This document shows, in pieces, positions 1 through 9,931 of a stretch of DNA of 64,000 bases. Each line of letters begins with the position of its first letter. The stretch's first letter is position 1. The DNA lies in the NCBI GenBank assembly GCA_050179755.1, contig JBFXEV010000001.1, forward strand, positions 713,994 through 777,993. The letters run 5' to 3'. A program made the position numbers and the translations under genes. Under the pieces are notes generated by a model, which did no database searches, was not told the origin of the DNA, and saw nothing but the letters and a program-made list of their open reading frames with translations. Source of the stretch: Candidatus Babeliales bacterium. GTDB lineage: Bacteria; Babelota; Babeliae; Babelales; JBFXEV01.

Positions 1-44
1 TTTCACATGAGGATGTGCGGCGCATGAGCGGAGATAAAGAGTAA
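1..44 (+). CDS. 3' end of a probable antitoxin gene (partial, window edge)
   Basis: Frame 3 reads ...SHEDVRRMSGDKE* (TAA 42-44), just upstream of the RelE-like gene; resembles the 'ISHEEV(K/R)R' tails of many antitoxins. Confidence 0.5.
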   Translation, partial: SHEDVRRMSGDKE

Positions 45-48
45 TTTC

Positions 49-321
49 ATGCAGCATGCTAAAATGAAAAAAGTTATTTGGCGAGCAAAGGCTTCAAAGC
101 AATTTTTGAAATTACCTCGTTATGATCGTGATGCAGTTATTGGAAAGATAGATCTCCTTGCTTCAGGCGCACTTAATTTAGACATTAAGAAGCTGAAGGG
201 TTACGACTTTTATAGGCTACGAGTTGGTACTTACCGAGTTATATATCAACTCATTGATGGGGAGTTTTGCATCGTGATTATAGGCGTTGGGCATCGAAAA
301 CAAGTATACGATGATTTATAA
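49..321 (+). CDS. relE: RelE/ParE family type II toxin (alternative start ATG 64)
   Basis: KKLKG..YRLRVGTYRVIY...IIGVGHRKQVY is the RelE signature. Confidence 0.9.
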   Translation: MQHAKMKKVIWRAKASKQFLKLPRYDRDAVIGKIDLLASGALNLDIKKLKGYDFYRLRVGTYRVIYQLIDGEFCIVIIGVGHRKQVYDDL

Positions 322-362
322 TTTTTTATTGATTTTCTTACGTTCAAACTCATAAAATCTAC

Positions 363-408
363 ATCAACCCACTCACATTTTTGTATAACTAGATGTAAGT
401 GGGTTGAT
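363..408. terminator. Hairpin between convergent genes
   Basis: ATCAACCCACT (363-373) / AGTGGGTTGAT (398-408) inverted repeat. Confidence 0.55.
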
Positions 409-417
409 AAAAAATCC

Positions 418-738
418 TTAACCTAACGGCCTTCCGCCTTTTAAATTATGATCAGTTCTTTCAGGGTATTTTTCACCACGTTTTTTCTCTAATTTTTCAA
501 GAGCCTTTTGGAGTGCATCTTCTGCAAAGGCAGTGAGTGTTAACCCCGGCTCCCAATAGACTGCATCTTTTACCTTATTAATGAGGTCGGTTGAAAGATG
601 AATGGTTACTCGTTGCTTTGGTGAAACATCACTTGTATCATTTTTTGTTTTTTGCGCTGTGCTATTTTTTTTAGGCTCAATTTCTTGAGACAAGTAAGCC
701 ATTAACGGATTACTGCCAATTGTTTTTTTATTACTCAT
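418..738 (-). CDS. Small ribbon-helix-helix DNA-binding protein, probable ParA partner
   Basis: Disordered N-terminus, then RVTIHLSTDLINKVKDAV...LTAFAEDALQKAL (RHH pattern); directly downstream of parA. Confidence 0.65.
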   Translation of the reverse strand: MSNKKTIGSNPLMAYLSQEIEPKKNSTAQKTKNDTSDVSPKQRVTIHLSTDLINKVKDAVYWEPGLTLTAFAEDALQKALEKLEKKRGEKYPERTDHNLKGGRPLG

Positions 739-819
739 GTAAACTCCTTGCTTATATAATTCCTTAATAATCCCGCGAATGTGGTATTTTGAAAAAATGA
801 CAAAGTTATTCGAGAGATT

Positions 820-1596
820 TCAAACAATAACTGTTTGTTTCTGTTCCTGCAAAATCACTTCACTTGCCAAACTTCTATAATCGAATGCACCATACGAGCG
901 TGTATCATATTCAGTAATTGGTTTGGTAAATGAAGGCGCTTCAGAAAGCCGCACGTTCTCACGAATTGCCGTTTTATAAAGCATTCCCTTAAAGTTAGAT
1001 TCAAGCGCAGATACTACTTCTTTTGCATGTTTGGTTCTACCATCAACACGGCAGGGCACAATGCCTGCAATATGCAAATCTTTATTTAACCGTTCTTTAA
1101 TTACATCAATAGTTTGCATTAATTGTACCAAGCCGCTCAATGCCATTACGCGTGCTTCTACCGGAATAATCACTTCTTGCACGGCAGTGAGTGCATTGAT
1201 GGTCAATATTCCTAAATTGGGTGGGCAATCGATAAGCACATAATCATACTTGCCGGAGAGTTTTTTGAATTGCTGTTTTAAAATTGTTTCTGAGCCAACT
1301 TCATGCGCCAAGGCTTTATCAAGGCCAAAGAGCCAATTTGATGCAGGAACGGCATCAAGATATTCAACTTCTGTTCTGGTGATAATGGCATCAATGTGTA
1401 CTTTGTTTACAAATACATCATAGAGGCTTTTACCATCACCGTCTGATACGCCAAGCCACGAGCTTGTAGATCCTTGCGGATCAAGATCAATGAGTAATAC
1501 GTTTCGTTTGTTTTCAGCAAGACCTGCTGCAAGATTTACGGCGGTAGTTGTTTTGCCACTGCCACCTTTTTGATTAATTACCGCAATTGTGCGCAT
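820..1596 (-). CDS. parA: ParA/Soj family ATPase
   Basis: NQKGGSGKTT deviant Walker A, LIDLDPQG, IDCPP, IRENVRLSEAPS. Confidence 0.95.
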   Translation of the reverse strand: MRTIAVINQKGGSGKTTTAVNLAAGLAENKRNVLLIDLDPQGSTSSWLGVSDGDGKSLYDVFVNKVHIDAIITRTEVEYLDAVPASNWLFGLDKALAHEVGSETILKQQFKKLSGKYDYVLIDCPPNLGILTINALTAVQEVIIPVEARVMALSGLVQLMQTIDVIKERLNKDLHIAGIVPCRVDGRTKHAKEVVSALESNFKGMLYKTAIRENVRLSEAPSFTKPITEYDTRSYGAFDYRSLASEVILQEQKQTVIV

Positions 1597-1707
1597 TCAC
1601 TACTCCTAGTATAAAGTTAATCATAACTGATATAACTTTATGATAATAGGAGTGTTGTTGTCAATGATTACTATGCAGACAAGGTGTACGTTGTATTAGC
1701 GAGCAAC

Positions 1708-2634
1708 TTACTGTTCATGTTTTTCAAGTAATTGTGCAATATCAGTATGGCCTGCTTCTTGTGCAAACATGCGCGGTGTTTGGCCTTTGTTATCGTTTGT
1801 GTAAACATCTGAGCCATGCGCCAAAAGTAATTCCACAATCTCTCTGTTTCCTCCATACGATGCATAATGGAGTGGAATTCTACCGAATTTATCTTTTATA
1901 TTTACCTGAGCACCATGAGCTATAAGCAATTGTGGGGTTTCTAAATTATATTGAATATGTAACGCCGTTCGGTTAAGGTCATCTTGAGCATTCACTTTCG
2001 CACCATGAGTCAGTAGTAGTTCAGTGATTTCTACATTTCTTGCACCATGCAATGCTCTCCTGCCATCAACGTCTTTTGCGTTCACGTCAGCGCCATGGAT
2101 CAATAGTAGTTTAACTATATCTTTCCAGAAGAGGTGGGGTGAATGAGTGTGTAAGGCTGTTTTGCCATCCATATCTTTTGCATTTACATCTGCGTTATGT
2201 GCTATCAAGAAAGCAGCCATTGGTGGAGTGAATGCGTAATGGAGTGCTGTTTTGCCACGATTATCTTTGGCATTTATATCTGCACCATGCTCTAGTAATA
2301 ATTTAATGATGTTAGGGTGCCATGCCAGGTGAATTGCTGCATTTCCGTCATCATTTTTTATATTCACATTTGCACCGTGCGCTAATAATACTTTAATGAG
2401 TGATGTTTTCTCACTGCTACCCCATAATAATGAAGGATTCTTTAAAGCTTTTTTTAATAGTTCAGTTGCATCAGCACCAGCAGCTAACTTTTTCTTGATG
2501 ATGAATATTTTTACTTTGTTAATGATAGTAACAATATAGTGCTGAATGCGCGTCCATATATGTCTTGCAAAGATTATACCACCAACCAAAAGAATAAATC
2601 CTATCAAATAAATTAATGCGTTCTTCATATACAC
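1708..2634 (-). CDS. Ankyrin repeat protein with N-terminal membrane anchor
   Basis: About 7 repeats of G.TALH...LL.HGADVNAKD; hydrophobic residues 6-23. Confidence 0.92.
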   Translation of the reverse strand: MYMKNALIYLIGFILLVGGIIFARHIWTRIQHYIVTIINKVKIFIIKKKLAAGADATELLKKALKNPSLLWGSSEKTSLIKVLLAHGANVNIKNDDGNAAIHLAWHPNIIKLLLEHGADINAKDNRGKTALHYAFTPPMAAFLIAHNADVNAKDMDGKTALHTHSPHLFWKDIVKLLLIHGADVNAKDVDGRRALHGARNVEITELLLTHGAKVNAQDDLNRTALHIQYNLETPQLLIAHGAQVNIKDKFGRIPLHYASYGGNREIVELLLAHGSDVYTNDNKGQTPRMFAQEAGHTDIAQLLEKHEQ

Positions 2635-2830
2635 CTTGCATGAGATATTTGGTTTCTTATTTCTGTTCTTATCAAATACTTGGCATGTTATATTGGCAGA
2701 AGATGTATTTTGTTATTTGGTTATTGTTACCCGTATAGCTTGCCCTTTTTTAGTTTTTTTATCGCAAGCCCGTGAGTGAACATCGCTTGCGGTATGAATA
2801 AAGAGTTGTTGTATTCATGAGTTATTACGA

Positions 2831-3199
2831 TTAGCCAACAGGTGGCATATAATTATCAACAAATACGCTAAAACCAAGCGGTGCAGCTGGCTTCAATAAG
2901 ATGTCTATTCTGGTAATATTACAGTCTGGTATCAATATTAATTCATTGCCATTGCCAATACCAGTTAACTTTTTCACCGTTAATTTGGTGGGGCATGGAA
3001 AATTTAGAATACCCGTAGGTTGATGAGGGTGAAATCGTTGCACTAATGTTTGGCCATTTTGTGCTTCAAATTTTATTTCTATTATGCCATCAGTAAAGTT
3101 TCGAAAGTTTCCCGGTTGAATTACAAATGCTTGTATTCCAGAGGTAGCTATTAAGGTTAAAGCTAGTGTTAGTGCATAGATTATTTTATTATTTTTCAT
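2831..3199 (-). CDS. Secreted small beta-rich protein (family C, paralog of 4050-4478)
   Basis: Signal peptide from ATG 3199 with AAGGA RBS; shares N.TDG.I, NFP-C-P and KLTG.G.G with 4050-4478. Confidence 0.75.
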   Translation of the reverse strand: MKNNKIIYALTLALTLIATSGIQAFVIQPGNFRNFTDGIIEIKFEAQNGQTLVQRFHPHQPTGILNFPCPTKLTVKKLTGIGNGNELILIPDCNITRIDILLKPAAPLGFSVFVDNYMPPVG

Positions 3200-3217
3200 G
3201 ATTTTCCTTTTTAAGGT

Positions 3218-3247
3218 AATCATCCACGAGTTTCCTCGTGGATGATT
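3218..3247 (-). other. Perfect 13-bp intergenic hairpin without a U-tract (stabiliser or attenuator)
   Basis: AATCATCCACGAG / CTCGTGGATGATT between two co-oriented genes. Confidence 0.5.
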
Positions 3248-3268
3248 TAATTTACTATTCTCTTTTAC

Positions 3269-3922
3269 TTAATTTGCTGCGTTAAGATCACCTTTAAGAG
3301 TTGTTCCAAAGAAATTAGGTATCTGGTATGTTCCATCATTTTGAACATTGATTTTTAAGTTACCAAAATCTTTTTTGAGCGGTGTGTAAATAGTCAAAGT
3401 TTCAGTCCATTGTTTTGCACGAGGGCCTTTTGCATATACTTTGATAGCTGTATGTCTTTTTGGATCAGCTGCTTTTGCATCTGTGGCTTCTTGTGCTACT
3501 TTTGCAGGCGTTCCTTCGGGGAACGATTCATCAAGACTAAATACGTAAAATAATATTTTATACGGTTCGTTTGGATACGGCCCTTTAGAGAAAGTTATTG
3601 CATACAATTTTTTGCCAACATTGGGAACAGGTAATATAATTTCTTTATTCTCAGTGATGGTGCGAAAATTTGTAATATTCTTTTGTGCTTCGAGAGTATT
3701 ATAATCTTCTCTATCACCAGCAGAACCCATTACTTTTGAGGCTGAGTGTCCTTTTGCTGTTATAACTTGCTTGCAACCAGTTGCGCCTTCGCCGCAAATT
3801 ATCTGAACTGATTCTATATCTTCTTTTTTAATCTCAACTTGGTTACTGTCTTGTTTTGCAAAACTCATCTGTATGAGAGCCAAGCAAGCAAGAGCGGCAA
3901 GGGTTGTTATTTTATTGTTCAT
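3269..3922 (-). CDS. Secreted protein, paralog family A
   Basis: Signal peptide from ATG 3922 (AAGGAG RBS); CGEGATGC, GKK, KILFY, KVY, QWT motifs shared with four other genes. Confidence 0.8.
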   Translation of the reverse strand: MNNKITTLAALACLALIQMSFAKQDSNQVEIKKEDIESVQIICGEGATGCKQVITAKGHSASKVMGSAGDREDYNTLEAQKNITNFRTITENKEIILPVPNVGKKLYAITFSKGPYPNEPYKILFYVFSLDESFPEGTPAKVAQEATDAKAADPKRHTAIKVYAKGPRAKQWTETLTIYTPLKKDFGNLKINVQNDGTYQIPNFFGTTLKGDLNAAN

Positions 3923-4049
3923 GAGAACTCCTTTTTTATTTAGTGGCATATTGTATCATAGTGATAAAGATTATCTATGTACAGATAAGGCCTAATATCT
4001 ATCTTCTATCCTCATTGTAACAAAATTTGCCTCTGGAAATCAAGGGTTT

Positions 4050-4478
4050 TTAAGGTATTGCTTGGTCAAATATAAGCCCATTGGGGCCGTCCCCTACAAT
4101 AAGATTAATGGCGTTACAATTTTGCCTGGTCCAAAAAGAGCTTATTTTGCCAGCTCCCGTACCGGTAAGCTTTTGTATTTTGATTTTGCGTGGGCAAAAT
4201 GGAAAATTGGTGGTTCCTGATTCACCCTTGCCATAATATAATATGGTAGATGCTTCAAAGCCTTGCTGTATTCTATCATTCGCTTCTTGTTTGATTCTAT
4301 CTAGTATTATGTCTGCAAAGGGATTTAGGCTTGAAATGCCACCAAGTGCTTGCTGTGATAATGCATCAAGTGATAATTGTATTTGGCCGTCTGTATTATT
4401 TTGCACATTAAGCGTGAGTGCTTCTATGCGTGTATACAATGCATTACTGATTGTAAGAATTAGTATTATTTTTTTCAT
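4050..4478 (-). CDS. Secreted small beta-rich protein (family C)
   Basis: Signal peptide; NNTDGQI, NFPFCP, KLTGTGAG. Confidence 0.75.
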   Translation of the reverse strand: MKKIILILTISNALYTRIEALTLNVQNNTDGQIQLSLDALSQQALGGISSLNPFADIILDRIKQEANDRIQQGFEASTILYYGKGESGTTNFPFCPRKIKIQKLTGTGAGKISSFWTRQNCNAINLIVGDGPNGLIFDQAIP

Positions 4479-4488
4479 ATCTATCCCC

Positions 4489-5106
4489 CTATGTTATGGT
4501 ATTTAAATCGTAAGTAATTGGCGCAGGTCTTACTAAGTTACCTGTGGTATCAGTATATGGTTGTGGATAATAAAATAATTTTGCTTCAGAATCAACAGTA
4601 ATAAGTGGTTTAAGTGCGGTAATAGGTTTTTCATTAAATGAAGTTAACAGGTATGTCCATTGATTTTGCTCTGGCAATTTATAATAAACTTTTAACACGC
4701 TTTTAATTTCTGGATGTTTTGTTTTTATATCAGCAATTTCTTGTGAGAATTTTGCATCTGATAACTCTGCAGGGATGTTATTAATATTAAATGCATAAAA
4801 TAACAATTTAATTTGTTGATTGGCATACTGTTTTTTGGTTGGGGTGAAAGCTATTATTTTTTGCCCCGAAGCTGGCAATGTTAATTCTGTTTCTTTTGTT
4901 GTTTTAATGGTACTTAAATTTTGTACATCAATGTTGATCTCTTTTGGTGAGAATTTATCGCTTGCACTTCCAATAGTCACATCGCCTGCCACGCAATCTC
5001 CTTGTGCTCCTACGCAAAAGAGTATTTCTTTGCGAACGGCAAAACAAAAAGAGCAATTAAATACGGTGATAATGATAATTGCAAAAGATTGAAAAGTGTG
5101 CTTCAT
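4489..5106 (-). CDS. Secreted protein, paralog family A
   Basis: Signal peptide; CVGAQGDC, SGQKIIAFTPT, IKLLFY, KVY, QWT. Confidence 0.8.
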   Translation of the reverse strand: MKHTFQSFAIIIITVFNCSFCFAVRKEILFCVGAQGDCVAGDVTIGSASDKFSPKEINIDVQNLSTIKTTKETELTLPASGQKIIAFTPTKKQYANQQIKLLFYAFNINNIPAELSDAKFSQEIADIKTKHPEIKSVLKVYYKLPEQNQWTYLLTSFNEKPITALKPLITVDSEAKLFYYPQPYTDTTGNLVRPAPITYDLNTIT

Positions 5107-5123
5107 AATTTTTCCTTATCCTA

Positions 5124-5489
5124 TTACGACATATTAATGCCTTGTGAAGGATCAAATGGTGCTGCTTTTAGTACAGAAGATTCGTTAAATTTAATTGAGA
5201 ACATATCGGCTTCTTTTGTAATAACGATTTCATAATTATCACAATTATTGCCTGCCCACATTTGCTTACCATTGATGGTTATTTGTTTTAAACAGTCTTG
5301 CTCTTGTCCAAAATTATAATCGCGCGTTGTCTGTGGGTCTACGTGAAGTACAGCAAAATTTATTGCTGATTTAATTAAGCCAACTTTAAGCGGTTCTTTG
5401 GTTTGATTGAGAATTTTTATATAGTTTGTTGCATATGCATCATATGCTATGCATAAGAATGCTAAGAATACTACAGCTAATTTCTTCAT
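5124..5489 (-). CDS. Secreted small beta-rich protein (N-x-T, two-Cys type)
   Basis: Signal peptide from ATG 5489; ILNQT start, DCL...NNC. Confidence 0.7.
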   Translation of the reverse strand: MKKLAVVFLAFLCIAYDAYATNYIKILNQTKEPLKVGLIKSAINFAVLHVDPQTTRDYNFGQEQDCLKQITINGKQMWAGNNCDNYEIVITKEADMFSIKFNESSVLKAAPFDPSQGINMS

Positions 5490-5541
5490 GATCTGGATTC
5501 CTTGTAAAATACCTACAATAGAGGCTCTAATCTCCACTTTT

Positions 5542-5573
5542 AGTATAGCATTTTTAATTTCTATTATGCAATA
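5542..5573 (-). promoter_or_regulatory. Sigma70-type promoter, TATTGC-N18 class
   Basis: TTGCAT (5571-5566), 18 nt, TATACT (5547-5542). Confidence 0.65.
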
Positions 5574-5636
5574 TTTTGCAGGGTTGGTAAGGGTTCTTGC
5601 AGGTTAAACAAAGATAGGCAAGGGGGGAGGGGGGGT

Positions 5637-5669
5637 TAAAGCCGCTCAGTCTAGTGATGAGCGGCTTTA
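5637..5669 (-). terminator. Intrinsic terminator-like hairpin after the esterase gene
   Basis: TAAAGCCGCTCA / TGAGCGGCTTTA. Confidence 0.6.
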
Positions 5670-5683
5670 CTTATCAAACTCTA

Positions 5684-8116
5684 TTAGGCAGAAGGATTAG
5701 GAATTACTTCACATGGTTCAAGATCATATACACTAATTAATTCGCGTGTATCACCAAATGTTTCCACCCAAGCACCAATGGCACCTAAATCTAAAATCTT
5801 TGGTATATCAAGTTGCTGGCCTAATTCAAATGGTATATCGCTTGTGCGCACAATGGTGGTACTGTTTTCAATAATATCTAAATACACAAGACGCAGTTCA
5901 TCTTCTACCGTTGCAATGGCAGCTGATTTGGTACCTTGATCAGCATATACTTGTGCGCCAATAAAGGTACTAAAATCTATTAAGCTGCTGGTGGTAATTT
6001 CATAGATAGGGTCAGTGCCACGATCTTCCAATTGTTTTGCTGATGCCAAAACGTTTCTAAATGATTTATTAAAATAAAATCCTGTAGAAGCCATTTCTTC
6101 TTTATAGAAAAAGTCATCAGTGCTTGTAGCAGTGTCAATAAAATTGACAGGGCTTGTAGTGCGAATGCCGCCTGGTTCAAGAATTCCAGCTTGGTCAATA
6201 TTAACCGGTTGCATGCGCCAATTATCAGGAAGCGTTGCAAGGTTGGCGCCTCCCAGCACGTTGCCAGTTGGAAAGTTAACTCTAAATGTATAATTATCGG
6301 CAGGCCCGAGCGCAAATACAGCAGCAGCATCTTCAAGGCCTGAGGCAATTTGATTATGCTCAAATACACCTTCTTGAATATCAAGTGTTATTTGCGTCAG
6401 ATTACGCAAACCGCTCATTCCTTGATAGTTAGAACTATCAGGTGGCACGATTGGTTGCCCTAGAAGGCCTGCACCAATGCCAAAAAAGCCTTGTCTTCCA
6501 ATTTTAAATAATGCACCCGGCCCATTGATAATAATAGACGCTTGAACACTGTTATCATTAAGCGAAGGATCTGCAAAGGCTCGTGCTTTGCTATATAAAT
6601 TACCAATTTGAAAGCCACCGCCAGCTCTTGTCTCATCACCAATAAGTACTTTACCATTATCAAGTATTTGTAAATTTATATTGGTAGCTTCTACTTCTGG
6701 AGGCAGCGTTTCTATGCCAAGTAATGTTCCTTTTTCAACAAATAATTGCGCATTTTCTTCAATAATAATGGTACCCGTGCCTATTATTTTAGATCGTACC
6801 ACGTTAGGGTCTTCTCCATTTTGAGAAAATACGGCAGATAGCATTTGGAATACTGTTCTGTTGCGTGAACAATTTTCATTAACAATGCAATCTGTGTGTT
6901 TGCCATTATAAAGAAGATATTCATGATCTACTTGTTCGTTTGCAAGTTTTACCGAGAGCATGCGGGCGCCACGCGCATTAATGAGTTCTAAATTACCACC
7001 ATCAAGAAAAAATGCTTGATGTTGTAACGTTTCAATAACATCTGGATCGTTTGATACGAACCAAGGATCTTTTTCTCGCCAACGCTCAATAGCAGTTTGA
7101 CTTAATACTAATGACACGGGAAATGTTATTGGTGTCCCGGGGATTTCTGTGCTGGCACCAATAAAAGGCCCCGGAGTAAATACCGGCGTGCCATCACCAT
7201 TTACCTGGAAAGGAAGATCCACAAAGTAGGTATTTACGAATGGGTTTACAAATTCACCTCGAATAGCAGCTAAGTTTGGGCTAAGTGCACCTGATAATGA
7301 AAAAAGTAAAAAGGTATTAGGGCCATTGGTGGGAGCAATTCTGCCAGTATCTGGGCCCGAAGTTGGTATTTCTGGTTGCACAAGACTGTTTAGTGAAAAT
7401 AGCGCCCCATCAAGAATGCCTGCAGTATTTGTATGTGCAAGATCGGTTGTTGCAATAGCCCAGAGCGGCGTGCCGCTTTCAGAGCCAAATCCAATAAATT
7501 TATCTGGGTGATTCATGGCCAGTAATGTAGAGCCATAGCCGCCCATTGATTGGCCTGCAAGCGCTCGATACGCTCTATCTGCTTTTGTGCGGAAATTTGC
7601 ATCAATAAAATTGACGGTATCTTCCACCAAAAAATCTTCAAAAAGTCCTGGCATTCTATTTACGCCATTTAATTCCGAATTAACATACCATGCTGAGGCA
7701 TAGTTTCTCAAGCCATCTGGAGTTACACCATTAATTAAGCTCGCATCAACCGATACTACAATGATAGGCGTAATTAATTTATTGTTAATTAAATCATCTA
7801 ACACCAATTTATCGCCGCATACAAAAAAAGTATGATCACCTTCAAAGCCGGGCAAATAATAAACGACCGGGTAACGTTCTGTGCTTGTCTCATATCCTCT
7901 TGGTAGATAGACAATTGCCAAACGAACATTATCTCCTTCGGGTGCCAAAGGTGATGGTGGAACTTTGTCTAACGTGGGTATACCAACAAGCACTAGTAAC
8001 CCCCCATTGCCAGGGTTGTTTATATCACCGCAAATGTTGGGGTCTATTGGATATATTATTGCATGAAGATGCGTTGTCATCAGTAGGGCAAGCAAAAAAG
8101 TTATGATGTATTTCAT
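5684..8116 (-). CDS. Secreted esterase (alpha/beta hydrolase, CE1/Fes-like) with a long beta-rich C-terminal region
   Basis: Signal peptide; VYLPRGY, RYPVVYYLPG, nucleophile motif GQSMGG, GKH; ~370 aa C-terminal extension. Confidence 0.85.
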   Translation of the reverse strand: MKYIITFLLALLMTTHLHAIIYPIDPNICGDINNPGNGGLLVLVGIPTLDKVPPSPLAPEGDNVRLAIVYLPRGYETSTERYPVVYYLPGFEGDHTFFVCGDKLVLDDLINNKLITPIIVVSVDASLINGVTPDGLRNYASAWYVNSELNGVNRMPGLFEDFLVEDTVNFIDANFRTKADRAYRALAGQSMGGYGSTLLAMNHPDKFIGFGSESGTPLWAIATTDLAHTNTAGILDGALFSLNSLVQPEIPTSGPDTGRIAPTNGPNTFLLFSLSGALSPNLAAIRGEFVNPFVNTYFVDLPFQVNGDGTPVFTPGPFIGASTEIPGTPITFPVSLVLSQTAIERWREKDPWFVSNDPDVIETLQHQAFFLDGGNLELINARGARMLSVKLANEQVDHEYLLYNGKHTDCIVNENCSRNRTVFQMLSAVFSQNGEDPNVVRSKIIGTGTIIIEENAQLFVEKGTLLGIETLPPEVEATNINLQILDNGKVLIGDETRAGGGFQIGNLYSKARAFADPSLNDNSVQASIIINGPGALFKIGRQGFFGIGAGLLGQPIVPPDSSNYQGMSGLRNLTQITLDIQEGVFEHNQIASGLEDAAAVFALGPADNYTFRVNFPTGNVLGGANLATLPDNWRMQPVNIDQAGILEPGGIRTTSPVNFIDTATSTDDFFYKEEMASTGFYFNKSFRNVLASAKQLEDRGTDPIYEITTSSLIDFSTFIGAQVYADQGTKSAAIATVEDELRLVYLDIIENSTTIVRTSDIPFELGQQLDIPKILDLGAIGAWVETFGDTRELISVYDLEPCEVIPNPSA

Positions 8117-8128
8117 TATGATCTCTTT

Positions 8129-9916
8129 TTATAGGAAAAACTCTAAGCCAATATACCAATCTGTATCTTGTGGTGTATTTTTACCACCAACCACGCCGCC
8201 AACGCTTGCAAAAATGCCAGCAGTAATGCAATCAAATTCATGCCGTAAACATATTTCACCGTAGAGTTTATGCGTGGTAACGTCTGTGTTAATTCTTAGA
8301 TTGTTAGCATTAAGCAAGTTGGTGCCCGTTGGTATGCATGTGCACGCATTTGATTGTAAGCTAATAGAATCTCGTGATTTGATATACAGTTCATAACCAA
8401 AACGCATAAGGGCATAATCCTTGCAGGTGATAGGGCGTGCAATAGAAGCTTCTGCGTGGCCTAAGAAATAGTGCCAATTTACGTTGGCAGGAACGCCTGA
8501 TCCAATGTTTTTGATCGTTGCTCCTTGCAGCGGTAATGCCACATTTTCTGCGCGTTTAAGTACTACAGAAAAGAGGGCATCTGCTTGTAGCAATAACCAA
8601 TCATAATCATGCCAATAGGTTCGCGTGCCAATCATAATTTCTGGGTGTCCGTTATTGCCAAGTGATTGCAATGCGATCAGGCCTGGAGCCACTTGTGCGC
8701 CGGCCGTTGGTAAGCGCAATGCAACATTACCTTCTACAAAAGAACACTGATTCCACCAATATTGGGTGAAAAACTGTGCATCAATATCACCAAGCCCGCC
8801 ATGACTTCGCGAATTAAAATTAATGCCAGCTCTTTCAAAAAATGCATTAATTTGTGTGGCTGGTGATCCGATTAAAAGATCAACGCGTTTTTTGATTATG
8901 CACGCGGGATCAACCAATTTAGTGACCGTGGGCGTTGATATAAAGGTTGGTTCAATCCACAATTGCTCCCGAATTTCTTCTTGTTCAGGAGTATTGGCGC
9001 CAAGTTCACCATAAGGTGTTGTGATGAGAAAGCGTGCGCGCCCGCCGATGGGCACAGGACTACCACTGCCTGGTAAGCCATCAAACGATTGTGCTTGGTC
9101 TATTGGTTGCGCAAAAGGGGGAGTTGGTGCAGTGCCCAAAGGTGGTTTAAAAACAGTAACTGGGTTTTGGCGTATTTGATTGAGCGTATTAAAGTTATTG
9201 GTGACATCAACATTTGCAATAGTTATAGGATATGTCACTGGATTTGCTGGTGGATTGCCTTTGAATCCTGTATCTACATAATCAACTAGCCGCACCATGA
9301 GGCCTGGAGGTGACCAGCTTTCAGGTAATTGATGCAAAAATTGTAAACGATATGCAAATGTTTCCACCGGTGTGCTGTTAGTGCCTAAAAACTCTACTTG
9401 TTCGCGTACGTTAGCATCAAGAATTGCAGGGTCAATTTGGTTATTAACAATCGGGCCTTGCGTTAAGCGCATGTTAAAATTGCGAAAGGGGATAGTTACA
9501 CGGCCACCAACAACCACGTTGCAGCGCACCGCATGAGAACTTACTAATCCAAGCACTACGCCGCGATCGGTATAGGTATAACGGGGTGAGAGTAGAGTTG
9601 AAAAAAGAATATTAATAGGTGACGTGGTTTGCGTTGCAAAAATATCATTTACTGGAAAATCTGCTCTGTTAAATAATAATGCGGATAACGGGCTTTTATG
9701 TGTATCAGTAGTTTCAACATTAAGTGCGGTATCACATTTGCGCTGATAATAACCTGCCCATGCATAAAATTGTGCTTGTTCACATAGAGGATTAAGTGGT
9801 TCAGTGTGCAGCCAATAACGTAATAAAGGAATGGGTGTTCTAAATTCACGCGCAGTAAGTGTTGTGCTTATGCATGTGGCAATTACTAAACTGTATATAA
9901 GATAGTTGTGCTTCAT
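8129..9916 (-). CDS. Putative outer-membrane beta-barrel protein
   Basis: Signal peptide; amphipathic beta strands; C-terminus WYIGLEFFL; GLGD/LPT/GNNGH motifs shared with 45809-47416. Confidence 0.6.
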   Translation of the reverse strand: MKHNYLIYSLVIATCISTTLTAREFRTPIPLLRYWLHTEPLNPLCEQAQFYAWAGYYQRKCDTALNVETTDTHKSPLSALLFNRADFPVNDIFATQTTSPINILFSTLLSPRYTYTDRGVVLGLVSSHAVRCNVVVGGRVTIPFRNFNMRLTQGPIVNNQIDPAILDANVREQVEFLGTNSTPVETFAYRLQFLHQLPESWSPPGLMVRLVDYVDTGFKGNPPANPVTYPITIANVDVTNNFNTLNQIRQNPVTVFKPPLGTAPTPPFAQPIDQAQSFDGLPGSGSPVPIGGRARFLITTPYGELGANTPEQEEIREQLWIEPTFISTPTVTKLVDPACIIKKRVDLLIGSPATQINAFFERAGINFNSRSHGGLGDIDAQFFTQYWWNQCSFVEGNVALRLPTAGAQVAPGLIALQSLGNNGHPEIMIGTRTYWHDYDWLLLQADALFSVVLKRAENVALPLQGATIKNIGSGVPANVNWHYFLGHAEASIARPITCKDYALMRFGYELYIKSRDSISLQSNACTCIPTGTNLLNANNLRINTDVTTHKLYGEICLRHEFDCITAGIFASVGGVVGGKNTPQDTDWYIGLEFFL

Positions 9917-9931
9917 AATTTCTCTTTATGT

